Source of the DNA: the human T2T-CHM13v2.0 reference genome, Homo sapiens
Reading direction: 5' to 3' (one strand)
Assembly: GCF_009914755.1 (NCBI RefSeq)
Contig: NC_060927.1
Length of the DNA: 64,000 bases
The translations under genes were made by a program, and so were the position numbers. Below, in pieces: positions 12,300 to 27,183 of this stretch. Below the pieces are notes generated by a model. The model saw nothing but the letters and a program-made list of their open reading frames with translations, had not been told where the DNA came from and did not search any database. Within the stretch, counting starts at the first letter, position 1. Every line of letters starts with the position of its first letter.

Positions 12300-12930
12300 A
12301 TTAGCAAAAAATATGTTGTTAGTTTAGTTCAGTAAAAACATGATATTTTAAAAATATGGTAATTAGCAAAGATGAAGTAAAGTGTGTATTCTCCTGAGAT
12401 GCTGTGATTATATAAATTGGTACAATATTTTTGATACTATATGTCAAAATGTAACTTTCATACACACTCTGATTCAGCAAATTTAATTGTTGAAATTTAT
12501 TCTTAGGAAATGACTGGAAATGTGTTCAAAGATGACTTAAATACTGGAATAGCAACATCATAATACCAGTCAACCAACATATCTGTGAATTAGTCAAATA
12601 AATTACGGTATATTCATATAATAGAAAACTCTGATTATCAAAAATATTGTATTTTTATATTTATTGACAAGAAAAGTTTGCTATGAAATGTTTTTGAATG
12701 AACTGTGTATATTAAAATATAGCATTTAGATTAAACCCATTAAAAATTACATATGTATGTATTGCAAGATGTTAGGAATTATGTTTCCCAACATGTTGAG
12801 TAAATCTTCCTTGGTTTACAAGTAATTACAAGTAATGGTTTACAAGTAATTACAAGTAATGTTTAATGTTAATATTTTTTGCTACATTCTTTTGTTTGAA
12901 TTTTGTACAATGAGTATATGTACAAAAACT
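12300..12930 (+). mobile_element. Highly diverged L1M 3' fragment
   Basis: 'tataaattggtacaat', 'taaattacggtatattcatataatagaa', 'tttgtacaatgagtatatg' resemble L1ME 3' sequence. Confidence 0.55.
12812..12861. repeat. Nested tandem duplication, 24-bp unit x2, each holding 'tacaagtaat' x2
   Basis: tggtttacaagtaattacaagtaa repeated exactly twice. Confidence 0.9.
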
Positions 12931-13828
12931 CTGAAAAACTATATCTATTTTAATTTTGTAAAACAAACTCTTCTTAAATGTTGTAACAATACATACTTTG
13001 TTTTCATTATTAAAGAAAAGGAAATTTCACCATAATTAAGGTACTGTTGTTCATTTGCTGTGCTCAATCCGTATTTCCATGGGAATGTTGATTAGGCATG
13101 ATATTTTATTTGTGCAACTTCTGTAGGGTTTAAAAAACTAAATCTCCCCCATAATTATACAAAAGGCAAACTGAATTGCAAAGATTGATGCTTTGATATT
13201 TGTTCAGGTAACCATTTAAACATAGGTAGTATTTTACAGAAGTAAGACTACAACCATGTTTTTTGTTTTGTTTTGCTTTAGTTCTGAAAAATTTATTTTA
13301 CTGTTTTATACCATTTCCTAAAGTAACATTGATACATTATTCTTTTAATTGCTGCAATGTCCCCAGTGAAAGTCCTATCCAAAGCAAAGTCCTATATTTC
13401 ATTTTCAAATTTGTTAACTCTTGGGAATTTATTTTTGATAAGCAAAATGGTAAATATTTTAAGTTTTTAATATATTAAATTCCTGCTTCTGAAGGAAGCT
13501 AGAATGTGCTAATAAAGTTAGAAATAGAGCTGGTTTTCCACCAGTTGGTCCTGATAAAAGTCTGGTTTTAATAACAGAGGTGCTAGTAACAATATATTTA
13601 CAACTTGCAGCAAATGGAAGTTGTAGTGGATTTCTCTATTTTTGAGCTCAGAATCTTTCAGCTATCATAGTTCTACAGGCTTCAAGATTAAACACTTATT
13701 ATCTTGTAGAAAAAAAACTGGAATGCATAAAACAGTAGAAAGTAGAATGATAATTTTAAAAAGCATTCTTAAAGAATTTTACATTATGAATAAATGAAAC
13801 CTACAATGCAACACAACAGTATCATTCA

Positions 13829-14206
<378 letters not shown>

Positions 14207-14220
14207 ATGAAAGTATTGTG

Positions 14221-14560
14221 AAAATCATGTCCTTTAAAGCAGCAACGTGAATGCCGCTAGAGGCCATTATCCTAAGCAAATTGACACAGGAACATAAAAC
14301 CAAATACTGTATGTTCTCACCTGTAAATAGGAGCTAAACGTCGGGTACTCATGAACACAAAGAGGGCAATAATAGACACTGGGGACTTCTATAAGGGGAA
14401 AGGAGGGAGGGAGGCAAGGGTTGAAAAACTGTTGGGTTCTATTCTCAGTACCCGAGTGACAGGATCACTTGTATCCCAAACCTCAGCGTCACGCAATACA
14501 CCCAGGTAACAAACTCACACATTCACCCCCAAATCTAAAAGATGAAAAAGTAATAAAAAA
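14221..14560 (+). mobile_element. L1PA16/17-like 3' end fragment
   Basis: 'gaggccattatcctaagcaaatt..cccaaacctcagcgtcacgcaatac' with an A-rich end. Confidence 0.85.
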
Positions 14561-14911
14561 TGTCTTGAATTCTGTCCCTAACTTTGCTAGGCAAAATAAG
14601 TACTGTATAATTGTTCAGGAAAAATAAAAACACTTAGTATTCTCTAAATTTAAATTTTATCTTGTTTTATGTCAACTTCTTTGGAGAGAAATTCTACTTC
14701 AGCATGAAAATAACCAATTTTAGGTAAATTGTTACTCATGAAGTAATAACAGTATTGAGTAATTTATGCTTTAGTATTTCTGTGCTGTACAAAAATTTCT
14801 CATGTTTTGTTGATGAAACTTCTCCAAATTCTTTTCACTAAGAGTTTTTACTAATTATTTCTGTTTTGATAATGTACCTTTTTCCATTTATACCATAGTC
14901 ACGTCCTTCTA

Positions 14912-15460
<549 letters not shown>

Positions 15461-16684
15461 CTAGCAAAAAAATCAATGATTTGTAAAAACTCAGTTGATT
15501 AATTGACATGTAATTTGAATGAGCTGAAATAACACAAGGTTAATTAACCTGAATTAACAGAAGACGAAATTGTTTGGGTCATTCTCTTGTCTGACTAATG
15601 GGTAGCTTTTATTTCTTAGTCACTTAGAAAATAAACTATCCAAGATTTTCCTCTTGCTTTTTCTTTTTGTTTAAAAAATAGTTTACCATGGAAACTTATG
15701 AATGATTTCACTTCATATTATATTGGCTTCAATATGCTATTTCTATAGATCAAAGATAAGTGAAGTTACTTATAATAGAAAACAAAATAAGTTTCCATTA
15801 TTATTTAGCAAAAGTTGGGTATAATATTAATCACAAAATCTTCATCACAAAGAAATTCCATGCTAAGTATCTATTTTATCTCATAAAGTGAGTGGAAGAA
15901 TAGAGTTCTCTAAAACTTTTATCATGTATCCACTGATTACATCCATATATGGAATGCTTATGTAAACTTTGATTTCTTTGTAGTTTCTTTGGAATGTAAG
16001 GGAAATCTTCATACTTCATTTGGAAAACTGTACATTTTTAACTGAAACGTTATTTTACTTGGAGACAGAGACTGTTTTTCTGATAGAAATATAATGATAA
16101 TAACATATTTCAGGACTCTTTAGTGGTGATATATAACCAAGAAACTTAGATTATTATGCTTACTATTTAAAGCTATGAGGTATTCTGTCTGGAGGCCTGG
16201 GATAATATGCTTTGTGCATTTTTTTTTTTTGCCAATGGTAATTAAATTTTTCAGTGTAAATCCAATTACCAGTAAAATTTATGATTTACTTTTGTGGTCT
16301 TTTTTTTTTTTCCATTGAGTCTTCCTTCTGGTTTTAGAAATGACAAGAGTAGTAGTTATGCCAGTTTTATGTCTTTACCTGTGTCTTGCAATCTTCTATT
16401 TTATGTTGGTCATTGCATTTGAAAAACTATTTGTAGAAAAAGTTTGTGGTTAATATGTTCTTTTGAAAAGGATTTTCTTTACTTTTTCCTGGCACATGGG
16501 AATGCTGGAAATCCATGACCATCTTAATCCAAATTCAGAGCTACATATATTCTGAGATGCAGAAATGACTTGAAGCCAGGCATCAGTTGATTGCAAAAGT
16601 GGCTCACTTCAGGTGCAAAGTAACTCCTAGAATGCAACTCTTGAGTAGAAGCTTAGTGGGCATTAGTTTATCCAAGTGTCCTGA

Positions 16685-17091
16685 TGATATGGTTAGGATA
16701 TTTGTCCCTTTCAAATCTCACGTTGAAATGTAATTCCCAATTTTGTAGGTGGGGCCTTGTGGGAGAAGTTTGGATCATGAGCGTGGGTCCCTCATGAATA
16801 GCTTGGTACTGTCCTCATCATGGTGAGTGAGTTCTTGTGAGACCCAGTTGTTTAAAAATGTGTGGCATCTCCCCGCTTTCTCTCTGCCTCTGCTCTTGCC
16901 ATGTGATGTGCCTGCTCCCTCTTCACCTTCCACCATAATTGTAAGTGTCCTGAGGCCTCACGAGAAGCAGATGCCAGGATCACGCTTCCTGTACTCCCTG
17001 CAGAACAATGAGCTAATTAAACCTCTTTCTTTATAAGTTATGCAGTCTCAGATATTTCTTTAAAGCAATACAAAAAAAATGTCCTAATACA
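16685..17091 (+). mobile_element. MST (MSTB-like) MaLR solo LTR
   Basis: TG...CA ends ('tgatatggtt' to 'ctaataca'). Internal 'ccttccaccataattgtaag' and 'aattaaacctctttctttataa'. Confidence 0.88.
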
Positions 17092-17964
17092 CCATCCTTC
17101 ATTAGCTCTGGACTTTAACTTTTGTCTGTAGTCCTGAGTGTTCACAAAAAGAACTGCTCAATTTATTACCTACCTCTTCAGGTTTGGCAAATATAGGGTG
17201 AAGACAATCCAAGGGCCATAGTAACCTCTCTGAATTTTGGAATGGTAATTACTTCTTATATTTAAAACTTTAAAAGGAGATTTAAAAATATTTCATCTGA
17301 TTTTTTTTTTAGTTATCTTCAGTGGAAAAATATGTCTAAATTACGCTGCCACTAACAGAAATGGAAGTTGCATATGCGTTTTCATTGTAAATATTCCCTC
17401 ATGTAATTTTTCCTCAAGTGTTCTTGCTTGTGAAATTATTGTTAATAATTATTACATTATCTCATATATATACATATATGTATATATGTACATATATAAC
17501 TTTTTGCCAATTGTTATCTAGCCTTAGTAGGATAAAAATTTTTGAGCTGCTAGCTACACAGTCTCATTTACATGAATGTGCGTATGTGCATAAACTTCGG
17601 TGTTAGACTTGCACTTAACTCTTGTTAAGCATTTATTAGCTTTTGACTTGTGCTTCACAGCATAATAAATTCTCTGAGCTTAGGTGTTCTTATATATAAC
17701 ATAGAATTGCCTCACAGTTAATGATATCTTGAATGTTCCATGTATAAAACAATATCTTCACATGATAAGAGTATGAGAAATTTCCTATCTCTATCTCTCA
17801 TATTTAATCTGGCAAAATTAAAGAGATAGATCTTTAAGAAACAGGTCCTTAATAGGCATGTTTTCCCTCCATGACCCCTTGAGTTATTATCAATGATCCA
17901 ATAACTTCCCCCTGTAAAAATTTAGTATTATTATTGTTGTTATTATTTTACTTGCCTGTTTTGT

Positions 17965-18075
17965 GCAATAGACTGTAAAGTTCTCAAGGACAGAGTCTAT
18001 TCTTTGCCTGTCTGTATTCCTAGAATCTAGCAGCCTCACACAATATAGTACTCAACAACCATTTGGATCAATAAA
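17965..18075 (+). mobile_element. L2 3' end remnant
   Basis: 'tagactgtaaagttctcaaggacagagtc..ctgtattcctagaatctagca..tagtactcaacaa'. Confidence 0.6.
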
Positions 18076-18299
18076 TATTTATATTTGGTTCTTTCAGAGA
18101 TTCGTCACATACTTTTCAGATTTTACTTCAGCTTGAATGGCAAAAGAAAACTAAATATTTTTCTGTGAATAGTGTATCCAACTCCTAAAGCTGCATTTTG
18201 AACTATGTCTTACCTTTATAAGGATACTGAAATATTTTCCTACGCACCCTAAAACGTTTATATAATTATAGTAACTGATTTCCTCATTTCTTCACTGTT

Positions 18300-21100
18300 T
18301 TCTCTTATTGAATAGATGTTTGGACCATAGGTATTTTTACCTTTTTCCTCATTTCAAAGGGAAAGCTTTCAAAGTTTTACCATTTAATACAGTGTTTGCT
18401 ATAGATGTTTTTTGTAAGATAACCCTCGTCAGGTTAAAAAAGCTCATTTCTGTTTCTAGCATGGTGCAAATGTTTATCACCAATGAATTTTAAATTTTAT
18501 CAGTGATTTCTCTATTTACAGTAAGTTGATAATATGTTTATTTCCTTTTTTCTGTTGATGTTGCAGTGAATTACATTGATTTTTTTTAATGTTAAGCCTA
18601 CATTTAGTTTTGTGACAAAATCAAGGGGGTCATAATATATTATGTTCTTTATATATGATTTGTTAACTTTTTCAGACTTTTATATTCTGAGTGAGACTGT
18701 GAAACTAGCTTTTAATTTTCCTTCCCCATGCTGTCTTTCATAGTTAGTATCAAGTTTATTTTAAAATGACTTGAGAAGTATAACATGTTTATTTTCTGAA
18801 AGAATGTATATAAATCTGTCTTCATCTGTTTTAGCTTCCGTAACAAAATACCACAGACTGGGTGGTTTAAGCAACAGAAATTTATTTTCTTGGAGTTCTC
18901 AAAGCTGGAAATCCTAAATTAGGGTGCCCGTATGGTTGGCTTCTGGTGAAGGTTCTCTTCCAAACTGGCAGATGGGAGCCACTTTCTCTCTGTGTCCTCA
19001 CATATGCGGAGAGAAGAGGGGTGGGTGGGGGGTAGAGAGAAAGTAGGCACAAGCATAAGAGCAAGACAGTGAGAGAGGGAGCACAGACTCTGGTGAGCAA
19101 ACTCATCATAATCTTTAGTATATAATCCCACCATGAGGACCCTACTCTCATGACTTCATCTAAGCCTAATACTGTACTTCTCAAAGATCCAGTCTCCAAA
19201 TACCATCACACTTGGGGCTAGGGCTTCAACAGAGGAATTTGTAGTATTGGTGCAAAATTCACTCCAAAACAATATAGAGTTTTTCTATATTGATTGCTTG
19301 GTAAACATTCATAAAGCTATCTGGGCCTGTAGTTTTCCTTGCAGGAGAATTTTTAACACTTGATTCAATTTTTTAAAGGATTATTTGGGTTTTCCACTTC
19401 TTTTTGAGTCAAATTTTGTTAGAGACATACTTTTCTAGGACTTTATTTATAAATTTATTTGTAATATCTCTTTTGGTCTGTTTTATGTCTGCAGCATCTG
19501 CAGTGATTTTTCCTGTTCATCCCCCAAATTCTCTTTCCCTCCCTTCCTGTTTCCATCACTTTCTGTCTCCTTGATCAATCTTACCACAGGATTTGTCATT
19601 TCAAACACACAACCTTGGCTCTGTTGGTCTTCTCTATTTTACAGTCTTAAACATTTTATTAATCTCTGCATTTGTCTCCATTTTCTTACTCCACATTTCT
19701 TTGGCTTTATTTCGTGATTATTTTTCTAACTACTTTAGATAGGTGTTTAGTATACTTACAACATTTCTCTTTTCTAATACATGTATTTCGTGCTAATATT
19801 ATTTTACATGCTTCTTTAAATTTATTATATATATTTTGCTTTATAGCATTTGTTATTATACCATTGAAAATATTTTGTAATTACTTTTATAATATTTCTT
19901 TCACCCACGTGATATTTAAAAATATGTTGCATAAGTTCTGAAGATATGGGAAATTTTCTAGGTTTGAATTTTTACATTAATTCATTGTAATCAGAGGGCT
20001 TAGTTGTGTGGTTCATATTTATTTTAAAAATATTATGAAACACAAATTATATACAAAAATGTGCATAAAATGTAGCTATATAACAACAAATTATCATAAA
20101 AATTTCATGTTACTACCATCTAGAGTAAGCTACAAAACAATGCTTAAACTCCAGAAGCTTCCTTGTGCCCCTTTCCTATTTTCTGTGTGATTTCAATCCC
20201 TTCATATTTGTTGACATGTAATTTATGGCACAATATACAGTAAATTTTCTAAGTGTCCCTTGTGTGTTTGAAAAAATATTATTCTGCAATTGCAGTGTAA
20301 TGTCCATACATCAAGTTTGTTAATCATATTTTTAAATCTTCTGTACTGTTACTTATTTTTTTCTATTTATTTTGCCAACTAAGAGAGATATGCTACAATC
20401 TTCCACTCTAACTATTAATTTGCCCCTCCTTTTGGTACTGTCAATATTTGCTTTTTTTTTGAGGCCTTGTGATTAGATATGTAAAATAGGAGAAACACTG
20501 TCACATCCTCCTGGGACTTTTTCCTACACCCTTCTTGTCTCTTACCTTCTCTTCTGTGTTTATCATGGTTTTTATCTCAATTTGTAGCAGTGTGGATATT
20601 TTCTTCAGATCTGTCTTCCAGTTTACTACTTTTTGCTACTTTAATACTATGCCTGGTTTGCTGCCAAATATGTCCACCGAGAATTTTTTAATTTTATTTT
20701 GTATACTTTATTGTATTGAATCTTATAATTATTTTGTATTTGATTCATTTTATTTAATTGTATTTTATTGTAATTTTTATTTCTTCAAACTATATTTGTT
20801 TTTTAAATTTATGTCACTTTTTCTAGCTTTCCATATCCTGCTGGTATTTTTGAGCTTGTATCTGTTTCTTTACAGTAACATAGCTATTTTGTAATCTGTG
20901 ATAATGTCAATATATGAAGTTGTCTTTTTTATTCATAATTTTTTTCTTTTTCTTTTCTCATGTTTGATTATCTTTGATTTTCATTGCCCTTGAAAAATCA
21001 TTTTTGGATATTACCCAAAGTTTAAAGTCTAGGCATCTCTTTTTGTGAGACAATTTGCTTATACATCTGTGGGTAGTTGCAATCTAAGATCACCTTAAAC
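18300..21100 (-). mobile_element. Degraded L1M ORF2-region remnants, interrupted by MLT1A
   Basis: 'ttgaatag..tttcaaagggaaagctttca', 'ctatctgggcctgtagttttc', 'cttgatcaatctt'. Confidence 0.6.
18817..19271 (-). mobile_element. MLT1A-type MaLR solo LTR
   Basis: 'taacaaaataccacagactgggtggtttaagcaacagaaattta' and 'ctccaaataccatcacacttggggctagggcttcaaca'. Confidence 0.85.
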
Positions 21101-21307
21101 TAAATTTGAAGCTTAAAGTTACAAATCTGTATAAAAACCAGGGATGAGATTTTAGAAAAGCAGATATCTTAACTACTATGACATCGTGCCTCCTTAAAAA
21201 ATAATTCCGACAAATTAAATAATTAATTGACAGAAATTTCTCCCCAACAGGGATGGCCTCATACCCCACCAGGCAAATAATTTCTAAACGTATTAATAGA
21301 AATATTA

Positions 21308-21510
21308 ATAACAGTAAAATTCTATGTATTGAACACTTACTCTATACCAGGCACTGGTAAACACAATATATTCTTTCATCCTTAATATAATCCTGTGTGG
21401 TATTTACTATTATTCTCATTTTGCTGTTGAAGAAACAGATCCTTTGCGGTAAAGCATCTTGCCCAAGGTCACAACCAGCTAAGAGTAGAGCTGAAATTCA
21501 TCCTCAGGTT
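21308..21510 (-). mobile_element. MIR
   Basis: 'attattctcattttgc..gaagaaacaga..cttgcccaaggtcaca'. Confidence 0.75.
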
Positions 21511-22379
21511 CCTAACATACCTACAGTATCACACTGTATGACTGATCTATCCCTTTTTTTATGAGGCAAAAAGAGACTTAGTCTATATATTCATAGTATA
21601 ATATTTTTAGAAACATATGAGCAGAGAGAAAGAAAAAACAAAGATCCATAGTATCATCTTTGGCATTTTTCCAAAAAGTACATTAGCATGTTAGCTTAGA
21701 AACAGTTGTTGGCAAAGAAAATACCTAAGCTCTACCTTGTCTTCTGTCTTATTTAGACAGTTAATTCATTTTATCCAGTCTTGAATAAATTCTCACAGTA
21801 TATTAAGCTGTTTTTATGAGTGAAGATAATAAAATACATTAAAATTCTTCTGGATTAAAAAATAGTGAAATACTTTTTCACATTTGATTAATATTGCTTC
21901 TGCCTGAAGTATTGCTCATGGCATTTAAAATGGATACAAGTGCAATTTTTACATTCTTTATGGAAGAAATAAGAAAAGAGCAATTGAGAAAGAAAAATAT
22001 AAACATTTTTTGGTCAATGTGTAAAGAGTAAACAGCTAACTCTCAGTTTTAATGGAGGAGCATAAGGACAAATAAATAGGACAATAGTAACAAAAATAAA
22101 AATTAGGAAATATATGTGACTTGTCAACAGATCCTGGCATTTTGTGAATTGTAGTCTCTTCTTTCTTTTCTGAGGGGTAAGAAGACAGTCGTTTCAAAAT
22201 CCTGAAAAATTTTATTTATGTTTCTGCATTTAATTGTATTGCTAACACCTAAGTGCATTTTTAAAAATACAAAATCAGGTTCAGAATTATGTGTCTCTGT
22301 GGTTGGAAACTCAGCAGTACTTTGCTCTGCTATGTATCTTACACATTCTTATAATTTTTTCTTGATAATTTGTGACACT

Positions 22380-22900
22380 GCATTTAGAATTATCTTTCCA
22401 GATTGTACATCTGAGGTCTCTTGCTTAAAATTCTTTTTAAGCACTCTTCTTTGCTTGCAAGGTAAAAGAGAAATGCTGTAGCTAGTGTACAATGTCTTTT
22501 GTTTTCTGGCCTCTAGCTAACTCCAGAGTTTGGTGTAACTCCTTCAGTTGCACCAAATTATTTGTTATTCCTCAAATGGGCCATGCTGTCTTAGGTCTAT
22601 GTGCTGTACACATGCTGTTTGGTCTGTCTGCAATGCCCTTTCTTTCTGACTTCCAGATACTTTTTTTTCTTTACAACTCCATTCACTTATCACTCCCTCT
22701 TTGGAGCTCTTAGGCCCTCCCCATCAGAAAGGTGCTCAATGTTCTCAGTCAGTTAAGCCTTCTGGAGCCTTATCCTGGCTTCTATATTAGTACTTCTCCA
22801 TGGTATTGTAATAATTTAGAGGCTTAGTGCTACTCCCCTAGTGAGCCTTAAGCCTAGCTCATATTTTATTGAATAAAAATTGCATGAGTGATGTCTAATT
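22380..22900 (+). mobile_element. L2 remnant
   Basis: 'tgcacatgctgtt'-like 'tgtacacatgctgtttggtctgtctgcaatgccctt' and other degenerate L2 3' motifs. Confidence 0.5.
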
Positions 22901-23579
22901 CACAAACTTGTTGTAAAACTATGTAAAATAATGGACATAAAACTCTTTGTAAGCTATCAGACACTATAGAATTGATATTTATATATTTATACATTTTCTA
23001 CCTAAATGCTCAGCAAATCAGGCCAGACCACTCTAAAGACACTTGGGAGAGAATTAAAAATTACACATTTTTATGATTAAGTCTGTAAGATGTGTAAAAA
23101 CTATAAACATAATTAGGAATTTAAAGATCACTCTCTGACATCAGAAATCCTATCATCTATATCGTGAGACAAGACATAAAAATATTGGAATAACAAATGA
23201 TGTAGGATTGCCTATGAGTGAGTGGGCCTTTTGTCCTGCAGTAGTTACTAGCAAGCATACTAAAGTGGGCAGACTCCAAAGCTGGATTTGAACCAGGGCT
23301 TAGATAGGGGAGATTTATATATGAAGGGTCATAATCTTTTAATTAAGTGGGTGTGTACAGAGGCTCAGGAAGGAGGTGCCATGCTCTTTTCCGATAAATT
23401 TCATATACTGTGTATATAATTTCCTTTTTGGAATCTTCTCCTTAATGAATTTCTGTAGTATGACTAGATGATAAAGTCCTGTTTAACCTTCTAGGTTTAG
23501 CTCAAATGCTACTAAAAACACCTAATGGAAGTATTCCTTTTTTCTCCTCTTTTTAAATAAATTTCCAAGAGTATCATAT

Positions 23580-24050
23580 TGTTTAGGATCAGGTTCAACT
23601 TTTTATGACAGAATTGCTTCTCCTTGCCTCCCCTTCCTAATATTCTAAGATATGTATATGGACTCCACAATCATAAAGGACTTAGGCCCCTTTTATTTTT
23701 CTGCTCCTTCCTGGATTTCATTTTAGATTATTTCACTATCCAAGGTGGTTTGCTGGCGCTCTAACCACCTTGTTCAAGTTTCAGACAGCAGGAGATAGGA
23801 AGGAAAGAACAAAAGGGATGCACTTCTGTAAAGAGCTTTCCAAGGAATTCAGCCCAACAACTTTGGCTTTTATTTCCTTAACCAGAGCATCACATGGCAA
23901 CATCAGCAGCAAGTGAACTTGATAACAAATAACAAAGCCTTACCTGGCTGCAAAGATGGTTGAGAACTTTGCAGGCTATCATACAACTGGGGTCTGGTAT
24001 TAAAAGGAAGAGAAGCATGGATATTGTGTGAGTAAGTGTCAGTCTACATC
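23580..24050 (-). mobile_element. Old MLT1 (J/K/L-like) LTR remnant
   Basis: 'tccaaggtgg..gctggcgctctaacc', 'aaccagagcatcacatggcaaca' resemble old MLT1 consensus. Confidence 0.45.
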
Positions 24051-24684
24051 ACAGGTGCATTCTTTGCATGTTTCTTGGGACTTTTATCATTATCTTCTTT
24101 TCATACTGGTTACTTGTGACAATGTTTTTTCTTCATACCAGTTTCTAATTTCTTGAGAGAATGGCCAAAGTCTATAAATGTTTAAAGGGTATTAAGTATA
24201 TAAGGATAGAGAACTAGATGGGATCAGAGGATGTGTGCTGTGGGGTACTGGGAGATACAAAGATAATGTAGATTAAGGCCAGATTATAAAAGTAAAGAAT
24301 AAGTAAATATACCATTGTTAAAACTTATAAGCATTTACTTCAATTTCTATGAAAGACGTTACCTATTTAGAAATTACTTCTCAATTTCCTTTGAAATTTG
24401 TATGTTAATACAGTAACAACTAACAGTCTCACTTTTCCCAAAAAGGAGTAAGTAGATATAACACTGAATTATCCCAGGCTAATATGGAAAATAAGGAAAG
24501 TTAGATGATGGAACTCTGGTTATCAGGAAGTCTTCACGAAGAAATGGCCCTTCCACATGGGACATTTCCTTCAATAATATAAAATAGAGAACAACACATT
24601 TGACATTTTATACAAAATCTCTCTTCTTTGATAGAGACCTGTTTGGATTTTTGTTTGCTTCATTAAATAGTTCATGTTTGTCTG

Positions 24685-24686
<2 letters not shown>

Positions 24687-24718
<32 letters not shown>
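24687..24718. repeat. (GT)16 microsatellite
   Basis: Read directly. Confidence 0.95.
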
Positions 24719-24723
<5 letters not shown>

Positions 24724-25125
24724 CAGAGTCCTCACACTAAAAAAGCTTTTCAAAAGCTTTTTGGTCAGCACTTTATCCATTGTAGACAAAGTAATCTAGT
24801 TTCTAAAATCAGTAGTCTCCAAGTTTCAAAATTATGAGCCCTAGGAGTAAAATATTTTTGACTTCCTTCAATACATTTAATTCTTATTTCTAAGTTTATT
24901 ATGTATGTTATAAAACTACATTAATATAGAAATTAAAGGATGATATAAAATATACATTACTGAAATTTTATTATTTTCATCTTACCATGCAATGGATCAT
25001 CTTGCACACCTTTACATGCTGATGTATCATAGAATAAACGTTATTCAACACTCATGGCCACCTCCCCTGACCTTTGACCTCATTCCATATCTCCTCAGAG
25101 ATTTGGGAGGACTACTGAGGTTAAA

Positions 25126-25584
25126 CAGTGGTTTTCAAGCTTCTTGTGCTCAGGAACCCTTTGAACTCTTCAAAAATTTGAGGACTTCAGTTTTTTCATG
25201 TACGTGGATCATATCAATAGACATTAGAAATCAACACTGAAAAGTTTGAAAAGTACATATGTGTTAATTCACTTAAAATTAATAAAATACTGAATATTGA
25301 AATAAATACCATCTTTAAGAAAGTAACTATATTTCTAAGGTTAAAATAATTAATGAGAAGAGTGGCATCATTTTACATTTTTGTAATTTTTTTAATGTCT
25401 GTCAAAACTGAAGAACCAGGTAACATATCTGCTTCTGCATTCAATCTTTTGGGACATTTTGTTGGATTGAAATATATGAAGAAAATCTTGCCTCACATAG
25501 AAATGTTATTGAAACGAGAGGACCTCATGGACCTATTGAAAGGATCTCAGGGACGCTTACGGGTCTACATTTTGAGAATTGTTG
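25126..25584. mobile_element. hAT-Charlie family non-autonomous DNA transposon
   Basis: Ends 'cagtggttttcaa' and 'tttgagaattgttg' look like degenerate Charlie TIRs. Internal 'ctcaggaaccctttgaactctt..gaggac'. Confidence 0.65.
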
Positions 25585-26491
25585 AGATAAGTTAATATGT
25601 AGCTACAAAGTGTTAAAAATCAATAAAGAAAACCAATTGGATTTCCTTTGTTGTAAATGTAAAAAAATTTGAATCAATAAATGTTATTATTTGTTTAGAA
25701 GATTCAATTTCATCAGTTTTTAGAGCATGGTTTGTTATACTGGCACCTGTTTTCTTCTTTTTAAAGTGACGTTCCAGAATGCAAATTTTGCTTATACTGT
25801 TCTGAGAAAGCAGAGAGTTCTGTCAGATATTATTCATAAAATCTGTTAAACACCCATTGCCTGCTTAATTTTGGAAAATAAAATGTCTTTACTTAAAAGC
25901 TGTTTTATGTTTAAACGTAATAATGGATGTGAAAGTGTTTAATCTTCCCTCCTCTCCCTTTCCTAACAGCTACTCGAGAAGAAAGATCCTTCAGAAAAGA
26001 AAAAAAAATTGTTATTTTGAGGAAAAGTTTTTTCTATTATTAAAAATATATGTAAATATATACACACCCAAAAACCATCTTAGGAAAAATAAATGTTCTG
26101 TTTAACTGACTGAGTAGGCTTTTTGAGGAATATATGCATGCTTGGGCTTGTTTTCACACTGAATTATAATTCAGTGTAGCTTATGAGTTGAAGGAAGACT
26201 AATGTGGTATTAACAGAGTTTGGCAGGGGACATAAAGTCTCAGGAATCTCTTGGAGTACTCCTAGAGTTTTGAGTGCTGATGGTAACTTGCTAATACTTT
26301 GACTGGGCCCACCACTGTTTTGAAGGGATGTGTCTGTTACTCAGATATGTCAAATTACGTTTTTTGCAGTAGGGATGAGGGAGTGTGGGGCTCTTCTTTT
26401 CCTTTCCTTTAATTGGTTCCTGTCACTCTTTACGAAGCCACACCAATGTCTTACCTAGGTTATACGTTTCCTATTGCTGCTATAAAACCTA

Positions 26492-26875
26492 TGATATGGT
26501 TTGGCTTGGTTTCTCCATCCAAATCTCATGTAGAATCGTGATCCCCAATGTTGGAGGAGGGGCCTGCTGGGAGGTGATTAGATCATGGGGGCAGACATTC
26601 CTCCTGCTGTTCTTGTGATCGTGAATGAGTTCTTATGAGATCCTGGTTGTTTAAAAATGTGCAGCCCCCGCTTCTCTCTCCTCTTCCTCCTTCTCTGGCC
26701 ATGTAAGAGGTGCCTGCTTCCCTGTCACCTTCCACCATGATTTTAAGTCTCCTGAAGCCTCCCAGCCATGCTTCCTGTATAGCCTGTGGAACTGTGAGTC
26801 AATTAAACCTCTATTTTTTATAAATTATCCTGTCTCAGATAGTTCTTCATGGCAATGTGAGAACAGATTTATACA
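26492..26875 (+). mobile_element. MSTA-like MaLR solo LTR
   Basis: 'tgatatggtttggc..ccaaatctcatg..cagccatgcttcctgtatagcctgtggaactgtgagtcaattaaacctct..ataca'. Confidence 0.9.
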
Positions 26876-27183
26876 ATGCACCACAAACTTAGTGACTTAA
26901 CCAATACTACTTTGTTATATTTCAGTTCCGTTGATCAGAAGTCTGACTCAGGACTCACTGGGCTAAAATCAAGGTGCTAGTAGGACTTCGTTTCTTTATG
27001 GAGAATCTAAGGGAGAATCAATTTTCTTATATCATCTGGCTTCTAAAGGCCACCTGAATTCCTTTGCTCATGTCCCCTTCCTCCACCTTCAAATCCAGCA
27101 ATGTAGCATCTTAGAGACTTTTATCATCATCTCTTCTTCTGACCTCAGCTGGGAAAGGATTTCTGCTTTTAAGGACTCATGTA

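Noticed and set aside
21135-21193. tRNA-like 5' sequence on the minus strand
   Set aside because: No T-arm or B box and no acceptor stem. More likely a decayed MIR head.
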